Below are positions 38,993 to 48,811 of a DNA stretch of 64,000 nt, in pieces (position 1 is the first letter of the stretch; each line of letters starts with the position of its first letter). The notes under the pieces were generated by a model that did not search any database, was not told where the DNA came from, and saw nothing but the letters and a program-made list of their open reading frames with translations. Source of the DNA: Occultella glacieicola. Its GTDB lineage: Bacteria; Actinomycetota; Actinomycetes; Actinomycetales; Beutenbergiaceae. Both the position numbers and the translations under genes were made by a program. Where the stretch lies: positions 186,001-250,000 of the forward strand of contig NZ_SMNA01000003.1 of NCBI RefSeq assembly GCF_004353825.1, written 5' to 3'.

Positions 38993-39192
38993 CAGGCATC
39001 CGGTTCGTCGTTCAGATTCTCCGAGCGCAGCGTCTCGGAGTCCGAACGGGCCTGATCCAACCAGTGCTCGTGTGCCACCAGGTGCAGGCCGCGCCGAAGC
39101 ACGTCACTGGTGGAGATTCCCCGGCGGGCGAGATCCTCCAGGAGTCGTCGTTCCTCGGCGGAGGGGCGGAAACCCACGGTGCTCTGCGACAT
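38989..39192 (-). CDS. Putative antitoxin (ribbon-helix-helix-like)
   Basis: 67 aa MSQSTVGFRPSAEE..STSDVLRRGL..acidic tail ENLNDEPDAW; stop overlaps the toxin GTG. Confidence 0.75.
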   Translation of the reverse strand: MSQSTVGFRPSAEERRLLEDLARRGISTSDVLRRGLHLVAHEHWLDQARSDSETLRSENLNDEPDAW

Positions 39193-39210
39193 AGCACGCA
39201 GCCTGGAACC

Positions 39211-39232
39211 ATGTTCAACACTTGTCGAACAT
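39211..39232. promoter_or_regulatory. Candidate TA autoregulatory operator
   Basis: ATGTTCAACA-CT-TGTCGAACAT, a 9/10 inverted repeat just upstream of the CAGGCT -10-like hexamer of the antitoxin. Confidence 0.5.
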
Positions 39233-39283
39233 CGACACGTGTGGTTGCTGGCGATGCATGGATCCGGACGCAGACCGAGGCCC

Positions 39284-40171
39284 TCACACCACGTGGTCGG
39301 CCCGGGACGCCTTCCGGAACTGGGACGGGCTCGAGCCACTCACGGCCCGGAACTGCCGGGAGAAGTAGAACGCGTCCGGGTACCCGACCTCGCGGGCCAC
39401 CTCGGCCACGGTGAGGCTGGTGGTCATCAGCAGCACCCGGGCTCGGGCCATCCGGATGCTCTTGACGTACTCCAACACACCGCCGCCGGTGGCGCGCCGG
39501 AACAGCGCCGCGAGGTGTGAGGCGCTCAGGCCCACGTGGGCTGCCACCTCGGGCACCCGCACGGGGGCGTCGAGGTGTTCGAGCAGGTACTCGCGCGCCC
39601 GCTGGACCGGACCGGCGTCGCTGCGGGGGCCCGCGAGGCGGTCGGCCCCGATCTGCGCGAGCGCGTTCCAGGCGGCACCGGCCGCGGCCATCAGGACCGG
39701 CCGGGTCTCGTCCCGCTCGAGCGCCTGGACCACCTGTTCCACCGTGTGCACCACCCGCGTGGGATCGTGCAGGTCGACGACCGCATGACCGGCCCGGCCG
39801 GTGATCGGGCCGAGCAGGGCCGGCACATCGGACCCGGCGGCGTGGAACCACCACAGCGTCCAGGGATCGTCACGGTCGGCGCGGTACAGGTGCGGCGTGC
39901 CGGGCGCCAGCACGAGGGCCTGACCGACCCCGATCGCCTCGGTCGAGCCGCCGACATCGCACCAGCCACGGCCCTCGATGCACACCAGGACCACGGCCTC
40001 GGGCGCACCCTTCGGCCGGGAGCGCCCATGGTTGGCGGCGTGCGGGAAGTACCCGGCATCGGTGGCCAGCAGCCGCTCCGTGAGCCCGGCTCGCAGGGCC
40101 GAACCGACCAGCGGACGCGGCAGCACCCGCATCCGCTGCCCCGGGAAACCGTCCCTCGTGTACGTCGCCAT
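39284..40171 (-). CDS. AraC family transcriptional regulator
   Basis: DGFPGQR, TDAGYFP cupin domain; HTH GLSASHLAALFR, VGYPDAFYFSRQF, SPSQFR. Confidence 0.92.
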   Translation of the reverse strand: MATYTRDGFPGQRMRVLPRPLVGSALRAGLTERLLATDAGYFPHAANHGRSRPKGAPEAVVLVCIEGRGWCDVGGSTEAIGVGQALVLAPGTPHLYRADRDDPWTLWWFHAAGSDVPALLGPITGRAGHAVVDLHDPTRVVHTVEQVVQALERDETRPVLMAAAGAAWNALAQIGADRLAGPRSDAGPVQRAREYLLEHLDAPVRVPEVAAHVGLSASHLAALFRRATGGGVLEYVKSIRMARARVLLMTTSLTVAEVAREVGYPDAFYFSRQFRAVSGSSPSQFRKASRADHVV

Positions 40172-40266
40172 GGGGCAAGCCTCCCACCGAGTCGTCATCG
40201 AATCGTCCAGGAACTCCGGCCGATCCGACATTCCCACACCGGCCCCGGCCTGCCTACCGTCGAGTC

Positions 40267-43200
40267 ATGCTCACAGCCGAGCCGCTGCTCGAACTCCCGG
40301 ACCGCCCCGCCGACCAGGCTGGCGCCGCCGTCGCCGTCTGGCGCGAACCCCTGACCATGCGCACCTACCTGCCGGCGCCGCCGTCCGACCTGCCCGCCTA
40401 CCTCGACTCCCGCGTCTACCAGGGCTCGTCCGGGCGGGTCTACCCGCTGCCGTTCCACGATCGGATCGCCTCGCAGCCGCGCGCGCACGACTGGGATGCC
40501 GTGCACCTGGAGAACGAGTGGATCCGGCTCCTCGTGCTCCCCGAGCTCGGCGGCCGCGTCCACCTGGCGATCGACCGCACCACCGGGCACGACCTGTTCT
40601 ACGGGAACCCCGTGATCAAGCCGGCCCTGGTGGGTCTGGCCGGCCCCTGGATCGCCGGCGGCATCGAGCTGAACTGGCCCCAGCACCACCGGCCCGCGAC
40701 CTTCCTGCCCACCGACGTCGAGATCGAGCACGAGGCGGACGGGTCGATCACCGTGTGGTGCTCCGACCATGACCCGTTCGAGCGGATGAAGGGCATGCAC
40801 GGGATCCGGCTGCGGCCGGGCCGCTCCGCCATCGAGCTGCGGGTCCGGCTCTACAACCGCACTCCGCTCACCCAGACCTTCCTGTGGTGGGCGAACGTGG
40901 CGGCCCGTGCCGACGCCGACTACCAGTCGTTCTTCCCCGAGGACGTCCACGTCGTCGCCGACCACGCCAAGCGGGCGGTCACCGCCTTCCCGGCCGCCGA
41001 CCGCCCCTACTACGACATCGACTACCCGTCCCGCAGCGACCGCACGTTCACCACCGCCGACGGAGAGGTCGTCACCGGCGACCGGATCGACTGGTGGGAG
41101 AACATCCCGGTCCCGACGTCCTACATGGTCACCCACAGCGCCGAGGACTTCTTCGGCGGCTACGACCACGCCGCCGGCATGGGCTTCGCGCACGTGGCCG
41201 ACCGCCAGCTCGCGGTCGGCAAGAAGCAGTGGACCTGGGGCAACTCGGCGTTCGGTCGGGCCTGGGGCCGCAACCTGGCCGACGACGACTCCGCCTACGT
41301 GGAGCTGATGGCCGGGGTGTTCACGGACAACCAGCCCGACTTCGCCTTCCTCGCCCCCGGTGAGACGAAGGTGTTCGAGCAGTGCTGGTATCCGCTGCCC
41401 GCGATCGGCCCGGCCGACCGGGCGACGGCGGAGGCCGCGGTCCGTATCGACGTCACCCCCGGTGGTGCTCGGGTCGGCGTCGTCACCACGGGCCTCCGAC
41501 CCGGGTGTCGTATCGAACTGCTCGACGGCGACGGTCGCGTCGTCGCGGAGACCGTCACCGACATCGATCCCGGCACGCCCGCGCTCTGGCAGGCAGACCT
41601 GCCCGACGGCGTCGCCGCCCAGGGTCTCGGGGCCCGGGTGGTCCAGGGTGGCGTCGTACTCGTCGAGTACACCCGCCCGCGGCCGGAGACGAGTGCGGGA
41701 CCGGACGTGGCGGCGGACGAGTTCGCGGCCGTCGCCGCGCGCGAGCCCGAGGCACCCGGGGAGGTGGCGAGCGTGGAGGAGCTCCTCGACATCGCCGGGC
41801 ACCTGGAGCAGTACCGGCACGCCACCCGCTCCCCGGAGCCGTACTGGGCGGAGGCACTGCGCCGCGACCCCGGCAACGCGGCCGCCCACACCGCCGTCGG
41901 CATCCGGCGGCTACGGCAGGCGGCGCTGGCGGACGCGGAGGATCACCTGCGCGCGGCCGTCGCGCGGCTGACGGAGTTCCACCCGACCGCCCCGGACGCG
42001 ACCGCGCTCTATCACCTGGGTCTCGTGCTGGCCCTGTCCGGACGCGGCCAGGAGGCCTACGACTCGTTCGGCCGGGCCTCCTGGAACCGGCCGTGGCGGG
42101 CACCGGCCGGCTACCAGATGGCTCGCCTCGACGCGGCCGCGGGCCGGACGCCGGCGGCGCTGCACCGGCTCGCCGACGTGCTGCGCACCGAGCCCGAGCA
42201 CCTGCAGGCCCGCACCCTGCGGGCCCGCCTCCTCGGCGACCGGGGACGGCCGACGACGGGCGTCCCCGTGCATGACCCGGGCGACGCCGAGGCGGGCCTC
42301 GCCGAGGTGGCGGCCGTCACCTCGCTCGACCCGTTGCACTGGTGGACCCGCGACGTCGCCGGGGCGGATCTCACCTGCGACGCCCAGACCTGCCTCGACG
42401 TCGCCCTCGAGTACGCCGGCATCGGCGCCCTCGACGAGGCACTACGGGTCCTCGGCGTGGCCCTGGACCGTGACCACGACCGGGTGCCCGGGCAGCCCGC
42501 CGCGGCCCCGCTGCTGCACCTGCACCGCGCCGGGATCCACGCCGCGCGCGGGGACACCGACGCCGAACGTCGCGACCTCGACGCCGCAGATTCCTCCTCG
42601 CGGGCCTGGTGCTTCCCGGGCCGCCTGCTCGACGCCGTCATGCTCACCCGCACGCTCGCCCGCCATCCCGGGCAGCCGACCGCGCTGGCCCTCCTGGGCC
42701 ACTGGCTGTACGCGATGGGCCGCACCACGGACGCCCTCGAGGCGTGGCAGGCGTCGGTCGCCGCGGACCCGACGGACCCGGTGGTGCACCGCAACCTCGG
42801 CCTGGCCCTGGTGAACCTCCGCGGCGACCTCGACGGCGCCCGGGCTGCCTACGACCGGGCCCGCACGCTCGCTCCCGGGCACGCCCGGCTCCTGTTCGAG
42901 AGCGACCAGCTGGACCGGCGCCGGGCCGTCGACCCGGCGCACCGCCTGGCCACCCTGGAGTCCGCCCGCGATCTGGTCACCGAGCGCGACGACCTGACCG
43001 TCGTCCTCGCCAACCTCCTGATCACCTCCGGCCGCGCCGACGAGGCGTACGACCTGCTCGCCGGTCGTGGGTTCCAGCCCTGGGAGGGTGGCGAGGGCGA
43101 GGTGCTGCGGGCCTGGGAGCGCGCCAGCACCGTGCTGGCCCGGCGGGCCCTGGCCGCTGGCGAAGCCACTGCCGCCGCGACGCTGATCGCCGGTGCCCTC

Positions 43201-43716
43201 GACTCCCCCGCCGGACTCGGCGAGGCCCGGCACCCGCTCGCCACCACGGCCGGACTCCACCTGCTCGCCGGCGACGCCGCGAGCGCCGCCGCAGACGCCC
43301 CCGCGGCGCGGCGGGCGTGGGCGCTCGCCGCGGCCCAGGTCGGCGACTTCCGCACGATGAGCGCCTCCCGGCACAGCGAGGCGACCTACCACTCGATCCT
43401 GGCGCTGCGCCGGCTCGACCGACCGGCCGAGGCGGAGCAGCTGACCGCGGACCTGGCCGGCTACGTCGAGGAGGAGGCCGGCACCCCGGCCCGGATCGAC
43501 TACTTCGCCACCTCCTTGCCCCAGCTCCTGCTGTTCACCCCCGACCTGGACCTGCGCAAGCACCAGCGCCTGGAGTTCCTGCGCGCCCAACTGGACCTGC
43601 TCGCGCAGAACGAGACATCCGCCGTCGGGCGGTTGCAACGCCTGCTCCGCGACGTGCCGGACCATCCCGACGCCCACGACCTGCTCAGCACCGCCACCGA
43701 AGGAGCTCGACCGTGA
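40267..43716 (+). CDS. DUF5107 domain + TPR repeat protein (YphG-like)
   Basis: RVYQGSSGRVYP, LENEWI, PELGGR, GGIELNWPQHHRP, GKKQWTWG, ELMAGVFTDNQPDF, then TPR-like helices and WEGGEG; TACCGT 6 nt before ATG. Confidence 0.85.
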   Translation: MLTAEPLLELPDRPADQAGAAVAVWREPLTMRTYLPAPPSDLPAYLDSRVYQGSSGRVYPLPFHDRIASQPRAHDWDAVHLENEWIRLLVLPELGGRVHLAIDRTTGHDLFYGNPVIKPALVGLAGPWIAGGIELNWPQHHRPATFLPTDVEIEHEADGSITVWCSDHDPFERMKGMHGIRLRPGRSAIELRVRLYNRTPLTQTFLWWANVAARADADYQSFFPEDVHVVADHAKRAVTAFPAADRPYYDIDYPSRSDRTFTTADGEVVTGDRIDWWENIPVPTSYMVTHSAEDFFGGYDHAAGMGFAHVADRQLAVGKKQWTWGNSAFGRAWGRNLADDDSAYVELMAGVFTDNQPDFAFLAPGETKVFEQCWYPLPAIGPADRATAEAAVRIDVTPGGARVGVVTTGLRPGCRIELLDGDGRVVAETVTDIDPGTPALWQADLPDGVAAQGLGARVVQGGVVLVEYTRPRPETSAGPDVAADEFAAVAAREPEAPGEVASVEELLDIAGHLEQYRHATRSPEPYWAEALRRDPGNAAAHTAVGIRRLRQAALADAEDHLRAAVARLTEFHPTAPDATALYHLGLVLALSGRGQEAYDSFGRASWNRPWRAPAGYQMARLDAAAGRTPAALHRLADVLRTEPEHLQARTLRARLLGDRGRPTTGVPVHDPGDAEAGLAEVAAVTSLDPLHWWTRDVAGADLTCDAQTCLDVALEYAGIGALDEALRVLGVALDRDHDRVPGQPAAAPLLHLHRAGIHAARGDTDAERRDLDAADSSSRAWCFPGRLLDAVMLTRTLARHPGQPTALALLGHWLYAMGRTTDALEAWQASVAADPTDPVVHRNLGLALVNLRGDLDGARAAYDRARTLAPGHARLLFESDQLDRRRAVDPAHRLATLESARDLVTERDDLTVVLANLLITSGRADEAYDLLAGRGFQPWEGGEGEVLRAWERASTVLARRALAAGEATAAATLIAGALDSPAGLGEARHPLATTAGLHLLAGDAASAAADAPAARRAWALAAAQVGDFRTMSASRHSEATYHSILALRRLDRPAEAEQLTADLAGYVEEEAGTPARIDYFATSLPQLLLFTPDLDLRKHQRLEFLRAQLDLLAQNETSAVGRLQRLLRDVPDHPDAHDLLSTATEGARP

Positions 43717-45011
43717 CCGAGACCTACCACCCGGTACCCAGGCCGGCCCACCTCCCCGAGAAGCTCACGATCACGCTCTGGGACTTCTCCTGGTTCGTGC
43801 GCACCGGCGCCGGCGAGCCGTTCGCCGACCTCGACGCCGCGTTCGCCGGGGCCGTCGAACGCGGCTACAACACGATCCGGATCTGCGCGATGCCGTACCT
43901 GCTGTTCGGCTCCGGCCTGGACACCACCGAACTGCGGCTGGGACCGCTCGGCGGTGGCTACGCCCAGCAGGTGCGCTGGTACGACGTCGGCGCCGAGACC
44001 ACCATCGACGCCCGTGAGCACCTGCTCGAGCTGTTCCGGGCCGCGAAGCGCCACGACTGCTTCGTGATCGTCTCCTCGTGGGAGTACCAGCAGAGCCCGG
44101 CGTTCGCCGCGGACCCCGACTGGTACCGGGCCCTGCACGCCATCGATCCCGAGGACCGGGCGGTCGAACTCGCCCGCGCACACGCGGCCCTGGTCGACCT
44201 CCTGGCCTCCCGCGACCTGGCCGACCGGATCGCCTTCGTCGAGTTGCACAACGAGGTCCAGATCGGCCACCTGACCGCGGGCCTGCTCCTCGACGGTGAG
44301 CCCGCCACCGGCGACGACGCGATCATCGCCCTGACGCCCCGGCTCGAACGTGGCCTGGCCGCCTTCCACGAGCTCCAGCCGGAGGTACCGGTCACCGTGA
44401 ACTACGCCCACGTGCCGGTCGCGGTGATGCGGTCCATCCCGGAGAACCTGGACGTGCTGGTCCTGCATCCCTACATCTACGGGGTACTGGAGGCGCTGAT
44501 CGAGACCTACGGCATGCGCGGCCCGATCGAGGACTTCCCGCAGGAGGCCGCCCGGGCCGACCTGCTCCGCCCGGGCGCCCCGGACCTGCGCGACTGGGGG
44601 CTGCCGCCCGAACACGCGTGGCGCCTCGACGCGATGATCGTCGCCAAGCCGGAGATCTACGTACACGACTGGGCCGACGCAGCCACGATCGACCGCTGGC
44701 TCTACGACCACTACGGCGAACACCGGCTGGCGATGGGCCAGAAACTGACGCTCTGGCTCGAGGTGGCCGCCGACCACGCCCGGCGGCGCGGGCTGCCGCT
44801 GGTCTTCGGGGAGGGCTGGGTCGGGTACACCCCGCTGCACGGAACGTTCGAGGAGGGTCCGGTCGGCGCCCAGATCTGCCGGTTCGCGATGACGGAGTCG
44901 GCACGGGTCGGCGCCTGGGGATCGATCGTCTGCTCCAACGCGGCACCGCAGCACCCGATGTGGGAAGACGTGTCCCTGCAGAGGGAGGCGAACGCCCTCT
45001 TCACCGGCTGA
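43713..45011 (+). CDS. Cellulase-like family protein (putative clan GH-A glycoside hydrolase)
   Basis: ITLWDFSW, GYNTIRIC, ELHNEV, VFGEGW, SNAAPQHPMW; AAGGAG RBS and GTGA overlap. Confidence 0.75.
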   Translation: MTETYHPVPRPAHLPEKLTITLWDFSWFVRTGAGEPFADLDAAFAGAVERGYNTIRICAMPYLLFGSGLDTTELRLGPLGGGYAQQVRWYDVGAETTIDAREHLLELFRAAKRHDCFVIVSSWEYQQSPAFAADPDWYRALHAIDPEDRAVELARAHAALVDLLASRDLADRIAFVELHNEVQIGHLTAGLLLDGEPATGDDAIIALTPRLERGLAAFHELQPEVPVTVNYAHVPVAVMRSIPENLDVLVLHPYIYGVLEALIETYGMRGPIEDFPQEAARADLLRPGAPDLRDWGLPPEHAWRLDAMIVAKPEIYVHDWADAATIDRWLYDHYGEHRLAMGQKLTLWLEVAADHARRRGLPLVFGEGWVGYTPLHGTFEEGPVGAQICRFAMTESARVGAWGSIVCSNAAPQHPMWEDVSLQREANALFTG

Positions 45012-45141
45012 GACCCAGCACCGAGAAGTCCACAGCGCACCACGAGTCACCCACCGATCACGACACAGCACCCTCACTGGTTCGACCGACCGGCCGGCCA
45101 CCCCTAATCAGCGCCAACGACGGCGCACCGGAGGTTCTGAG

Positions 45142-46455
45142 ATGAGCACCACATCCCACTTCACCCGCCGAGGTTTCCTGCTCGGCGCCACCGCCCTGGG
45201 CACCGGCGGGCTGCTGACCGCCTGCATCGGCTCCGGCGGTGGGTCCGATGATGAGACCGGCGGTTCCGGCGACGACGGTTCCTCCGGCGCCGGCGCTGCG
45301 GTGACGCTGCAGTCGTCGCTGTCCGACCCGGCGCCGAAGGCGGCCCTGGAACAGGTGGTGGCCGCCTACGACGGCGACGTCACCCTGAACACGGTCGCGA
45401 TCGAGCAGTTCCGGGCGCAACTGTCGACGTACCTGACCTCGAACAACCCGCCCGACGTGCTCACCTGGTACGCCGGGTCGGTGGCGCGCGACTACGCCGC
45501 CGAGGGGCTGCTCCTGGACGTCTCCGACCTGTGGACCGGTGACGGCGCGTGCGCCGGGTTCTCCGAGGCCCTGAAGTCGCTGTCCACGGCGGAGGACGGC
45601 ACCCAGATCTTCGTGCCCACGAACTACTACTGGTGGTCGATCTTCTACAAGAAGTCCGCGTTCGAGCAATGGGGCGTGAGCGTCCCGGAGACCTGGGACG
45701 ACTTCCTCGCCCTCTGCGAGACCCTCAAGGGCCAGGGCGTGAGCCCGCTCGCCAACGGGATCGGATCCACCCCGTGGATGGCCTCCGGCTGGTTCGACTA
45801 CCTGAACCTGCGCATCAACGGCGCGACCTACCACCGCGAACTCCTGGCGGGCGAGCATGCGTTCACCGACCCCGAGGTGGAGGCCGTGCTCACCGAGTAC
45901 GCCAAGCTGATCCCCTACTTCGACCCGAACATGGCCTCCTACTCCCACCAGGAGGCCGTCACCCCAATGATCCAGAACTCCTCGGCCATGTACCTGATCG
46001 GGGCGTTCGTCACCCAGTTCTTCCCCGAGGACCAGCAGGACGACATCGACTTCTTCTCGGTGCCGCCGATCAACGAGGACGTGCCCAGTGCCGAGGAGGC
46101 GCCCACCGACGGCTACTTCGCGAGTGCGAACACCGCCAACCTCGAGGGCACGAAGGCGCTGCTGAGCTACCTGGCCTCCGCCGAGGCGCAGCAGCAGTTC
46201 ATCTCCGAGTCGGCATCCTCGAACCTGCCGACCAGCCCGGACGTGGACAGCTCCGGTTTCACCCCGCTGGTCCAGAAGGGCATCGAACTGCTCGAGAACA
46301 CCGAGGAGATCACCCAGTTCTTCAACCGGGACTCCTCCGACGCCCTGCAGAGCACCGCCGATGACGCGCTCACCCGGTTCCTGGCCGACCCCTCGGACAT
46401 TCCGGGCATCCTCGCGGGCTGGCAGGCCGCCGCCGAGCAGGTCTGGAACCAGTGA
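45142..46455 (+). CDS. Sugar ABC transporter substrate-binding lipoprotein (Tat)
   Basis: FTRRGFL, LTAC lipobox, PPDVLTW, PETWDDF. Confidence 0.9.
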   Translation: MSTTSHFTRRGFLLGATALGTGGLLTACIGSGGGSDDETGGSGDDGSSGAGAAVTLQSSLSDPAPKAALEQVVAAYDGDVTLNTVAIEQFRAQLSTYLTSNNPPDVLTWYAGSVARDYAAEGLLLDVSDLWTGDGACAGFSEALKSLSTAEDGTQIFVPTNYYWWSIFYKKSAFEQWGVSVPETWDDFLALCETLKGQGVSPLANGIGSTPWMASGWFDYLNLRINGATYHRELLAGEHAFTDPEVEAVLTEYAKLIPYFDPNMASYSHQEAVTPMIQNSSAMYLIGAFVTQFFPEDQQDDIDFFSVPPINEDVPSAEEAPTDGYFASANTANLEGTKALLSYLASAEAQQQFISESASSNLPTSPDVDSSGFTPLVQKGIELLENTEEITQFFNRDSSDALQSTADDALTRFLADPSDIPGILAGWQAAAEQVWNQ

Positions 46456-47432
46456 GTTCGCCGGGCGCCGCAGTGGTCGGGTCGGCCGGACCCGCCGGTC
46501 CCGCAGGGCCGGCAGGGCCGGCCGGGCCGGCCGTGCCCGCCGGTCCTGCCCCACGGGGGCGCTCGGTGCTCCGGCGGGTCCCGTGGGTGGTGTGGCTGTT
46601 CCTGCTGATCCCGCTGGCCGCCGAGGTGTTCTGGGTGTTCTGGCCGGCCCTGAACTCGTTCTCGCTGTCGCTGACCCGGTGGAACGGCATCGGCGCGGCC
46701 GAGCCGGTGGGCCTGGGCAACTACGTGGACCTCTGGAACGACCCGATCTTCCGGACCGCGTTGCGCAACAACGTGATCTGGGTGGTCGGGTTCGGTGGGC
46801 TCTCGGTGCTCGGCGGCCTGACCCTGGCCGTGCTGCTGAACCGGCCCGGCCGGGGCATCGGGATCTACCGCAGCGCCATCTACCTGCCGATGGTGTTCTC
46901 CCTCGCGGTCACCGGCCTGTTCTGGCGGGTCATGTACCAGCCCGCGGGTCTGGTGAACACGGCCCTGGGAGCGGTCGGCCTCGGGTCCTGGGAGCGCCAG
47001 TGGCTCGCCGACCCGGACGTGGCCCTGTACGCGGTGCTGATCGCCGCCGTGTGGCGCCAGGTCGGCTACATCATGGTGCTCTATCTGGCCGGTCTGAAGG
47101 GCGTGGACCCGGCCCTCGAGGAAGCCGCCGCGATGGACGGCGCGAACCGGCGTCAGCGGTTCTTCTCGATCGTGATGCCGCAGCTGAGGGGCGTGAATGC
47201 CGTGGTGTTCGCGGTCACCGTGATCGACTCGCTGCGCACGTTCGACATCGTCTGGGCGATGACCCGCGGCGGCCCCTACAACAGCACCCAGCTGCTGAGC
47301 ACCTACATGTTCGAGCAGGGCTTCACCCTGGTGAACCTCGGCTACGGCTCGGCGATCGCGGTGGTCATCTTCGCTCTCGCGATCGTGTTCATCATCACCT
47401 ACCTGGTCCGTTCGATCCGGCAGGAGGACTGA
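46452..47432 (+). CDS. Carbohydrate ABC transporter permease
   Basis: VGLGNY, EEAAAMDGANRRQRF, TRGGP; N-terminal GPA repeats (start uncertain). Confidence 0.9.
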   Translation: MSSPGAAVVGSAGPAGPAGPAGPAGPAVPAGPAPRGRSVLRRVPWVVWLFLLIPLAAEVFWVFWPALNSFSLSLTRWNGIGAAEPVGLGNYVDLWNDPIFRTALRNNVIWVVGFGGLSVLGGLTLAVLLNRPGRGIGIYRSAIYLPMVFSLAVTGLFWRVMYQPAGLVNTALGAVGLGSWERQWLADPDVALYAVLIAAVWRQVGYIMVLYLAGLKGVDPALEEAAAMDGANRRQRFFSIVMPQLRGVNAVVFAVTVIDSLRTFDIVWAMTRGGPYNSTQLLSTYMFEQGFTLVNLGYGSAIAVVIFALAIVFIITYLVRSIRQED

Positions 47433-47433
47433 C

Positions 47434-48336
47434 ATGAGTACCGCCACCACCCCGCTCGCCCGACCCGCCCCGGACCCCGGTGCGGCGAAGGACCGGGCCC
47501 GCCGCCGCCGTCGGGCGATCGGCTCCCGGTCGCCGTGGTTCCACGTCTTCATGATCCCGTTCACGCTGGCCTGGATCACCCCGATGGTGTTCGTCCTGGT
47601 CGTCGCGTTCCGCTCGTTCGACGACCTCGTCTCCCGTGGCCTGTCCGCGCTGCCCGCGTCGCTCAGCCTGGAGGGGTTCGCCACGGCGCTGTCCGCGGGT
47701 GGGATCGCCGGCTCTCTGCGCAACAGCGTGATCGTGACCGTGTTCGCGGTGGTCGCGTCCCTGTTCCTGGCGTCGATGGCCGCCTACGCGCTGAGCCGGT
47801 ACCGGATCCCGCTGCGGAACGCGATCCTGCTGGTCATGCTCGCGGGCAACCTGCTGCCCCCGCAGATCCTGCTCATCCCGGTCTCGAAGATCGCGGAGGG
47901 CCTGGGCATCTACGACACGCTGCTCGCGCTGATCGTCGTGCAGGTCGGCTTCGGGCTCGGGTTCTACACGTTCGTGCTGCACGGGTTCATGCGCTCGCTG
48001 CCGGACGAGGTGTTCGAGGCGGCCCGGATCGACGGTGCCGGTCCGATCCGCATCTACGCCCAGATCGTGCTGCCGCTGTGCCGTCCCTCGCTTGCGGCCC
48101 TGACCGCGCTCGCCACCACGTGGATCTTCAACGACCTGATCTGGGCGATGACGGTGCTGCGCACCGAGACGAACTTCCCGATCACGGCGGCGCTGCTGAA
48201 CCTGCAGGGCGGGTTCGTGAGCCAGTGGAACGTGGTGGCGGCGGGTTCGATCATGGCCGCGGTGCCGACGGCGATCGTGTTCTTCATCTTCCAGAAGCAG
48301 TTCGTCTCCGGCCTGATGGTGGGGACCAGCAAGTGA
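47434..48336 (+). CDS. Carbohydrate ABC transporter permease
   Basis: FEAARIDGAG, FFIFQKQFVSG. Confidence 0.9.
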   Translation: MSTATTPLARPAPDPGAAKDRARRRRRAIGSRSPWFHVFMIPFTLAWITPMVFVLVVAFRSFDDLVSRGLSALPASLSLEGFATALSAGGIAGSLRNSVIVTVFAVVASLFLASMAAYALSRYRIPLRNAILLVMLAGNLLPPQILLIPVSKIAEGLGIYDTLLALIVVQVGFGLGFYTFVLHGFMRSLPDEVFEAARIDGAGPIRIYAQIVLPLCRPSLAALTALATTWIFNDLIWAMTVLRTETNFPITAALLNLQGGFVSQWNVVAAGSIMAAVPTAIVFFIFQKQFVSGLMVGTSK

Positions 48337-48343
48337 CCGGTGC

Positions 48344-48724
48344 TCAGGTCGCCGGGTTGTCGGTGCACAGGCCGACGAGCCGGCCACCGGGGTCGACGAT
48401 CTGGGCCCACCAGCCCATGTCCCCGCCGACCTCCTCCCGGGCGTTGCGCACGGTGCCGCCGGCGGCCTCGGCGGCAGCGAGCGTGGCCTCCAGGTCGGCC
48501 ACGTTGACGTAGACGCGGATGCCGTCCGCGGTGGCGAGCTCGGGAGCCTGCCAGAGTCCGCCGATCAGGTCGGCACCGTTCAGGATCCCTTCGTAGCCCT
48601 CGCCGAACGGGGTGAACGTCCAGCCGAGCACGGCGCCGTAGAAGGCCTTGGCCTGCTCCAGGTCGGTGACCGGCAGTTCCCACCAGGTCACGGTGTTCAG
48701 CGGCGCGGACGTCGGTTCGCTCAT
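48344..48724 (-). CDS. VOC family protein
   Basis: WWELPVTDLEQAKAFYGAVLGW, VYVNVADL, DPGG. Confidence 0.88.
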   Translation of the reverse strand: MSEPTSAPLNTVTWWELPVTDLEQAKAFYGAVLGWTFTPFGEGYEGILNGADLIGGLWQAPELATADGIRVYVNVADLEATLAAAEAAGGTVRNAREEVGGDMGWWAQIVDPGGRLVGLCTDNPAT

Positions 48725-48811
48725 GATCGGTCTCCTCTGATCGGATCGGCTGCCCCAGCCTGACGCCGCACCGTCGGCGTGGTCAAGGCCACCGGCACTG
48801 GGCCGCCGGGC

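Noticed and set aside
40190..40232. AraC direct repeats (AATCGTCCA/GATCCGACA, 21-nt spacing)
   Set aside because: Too degenerate to support without comparative data.
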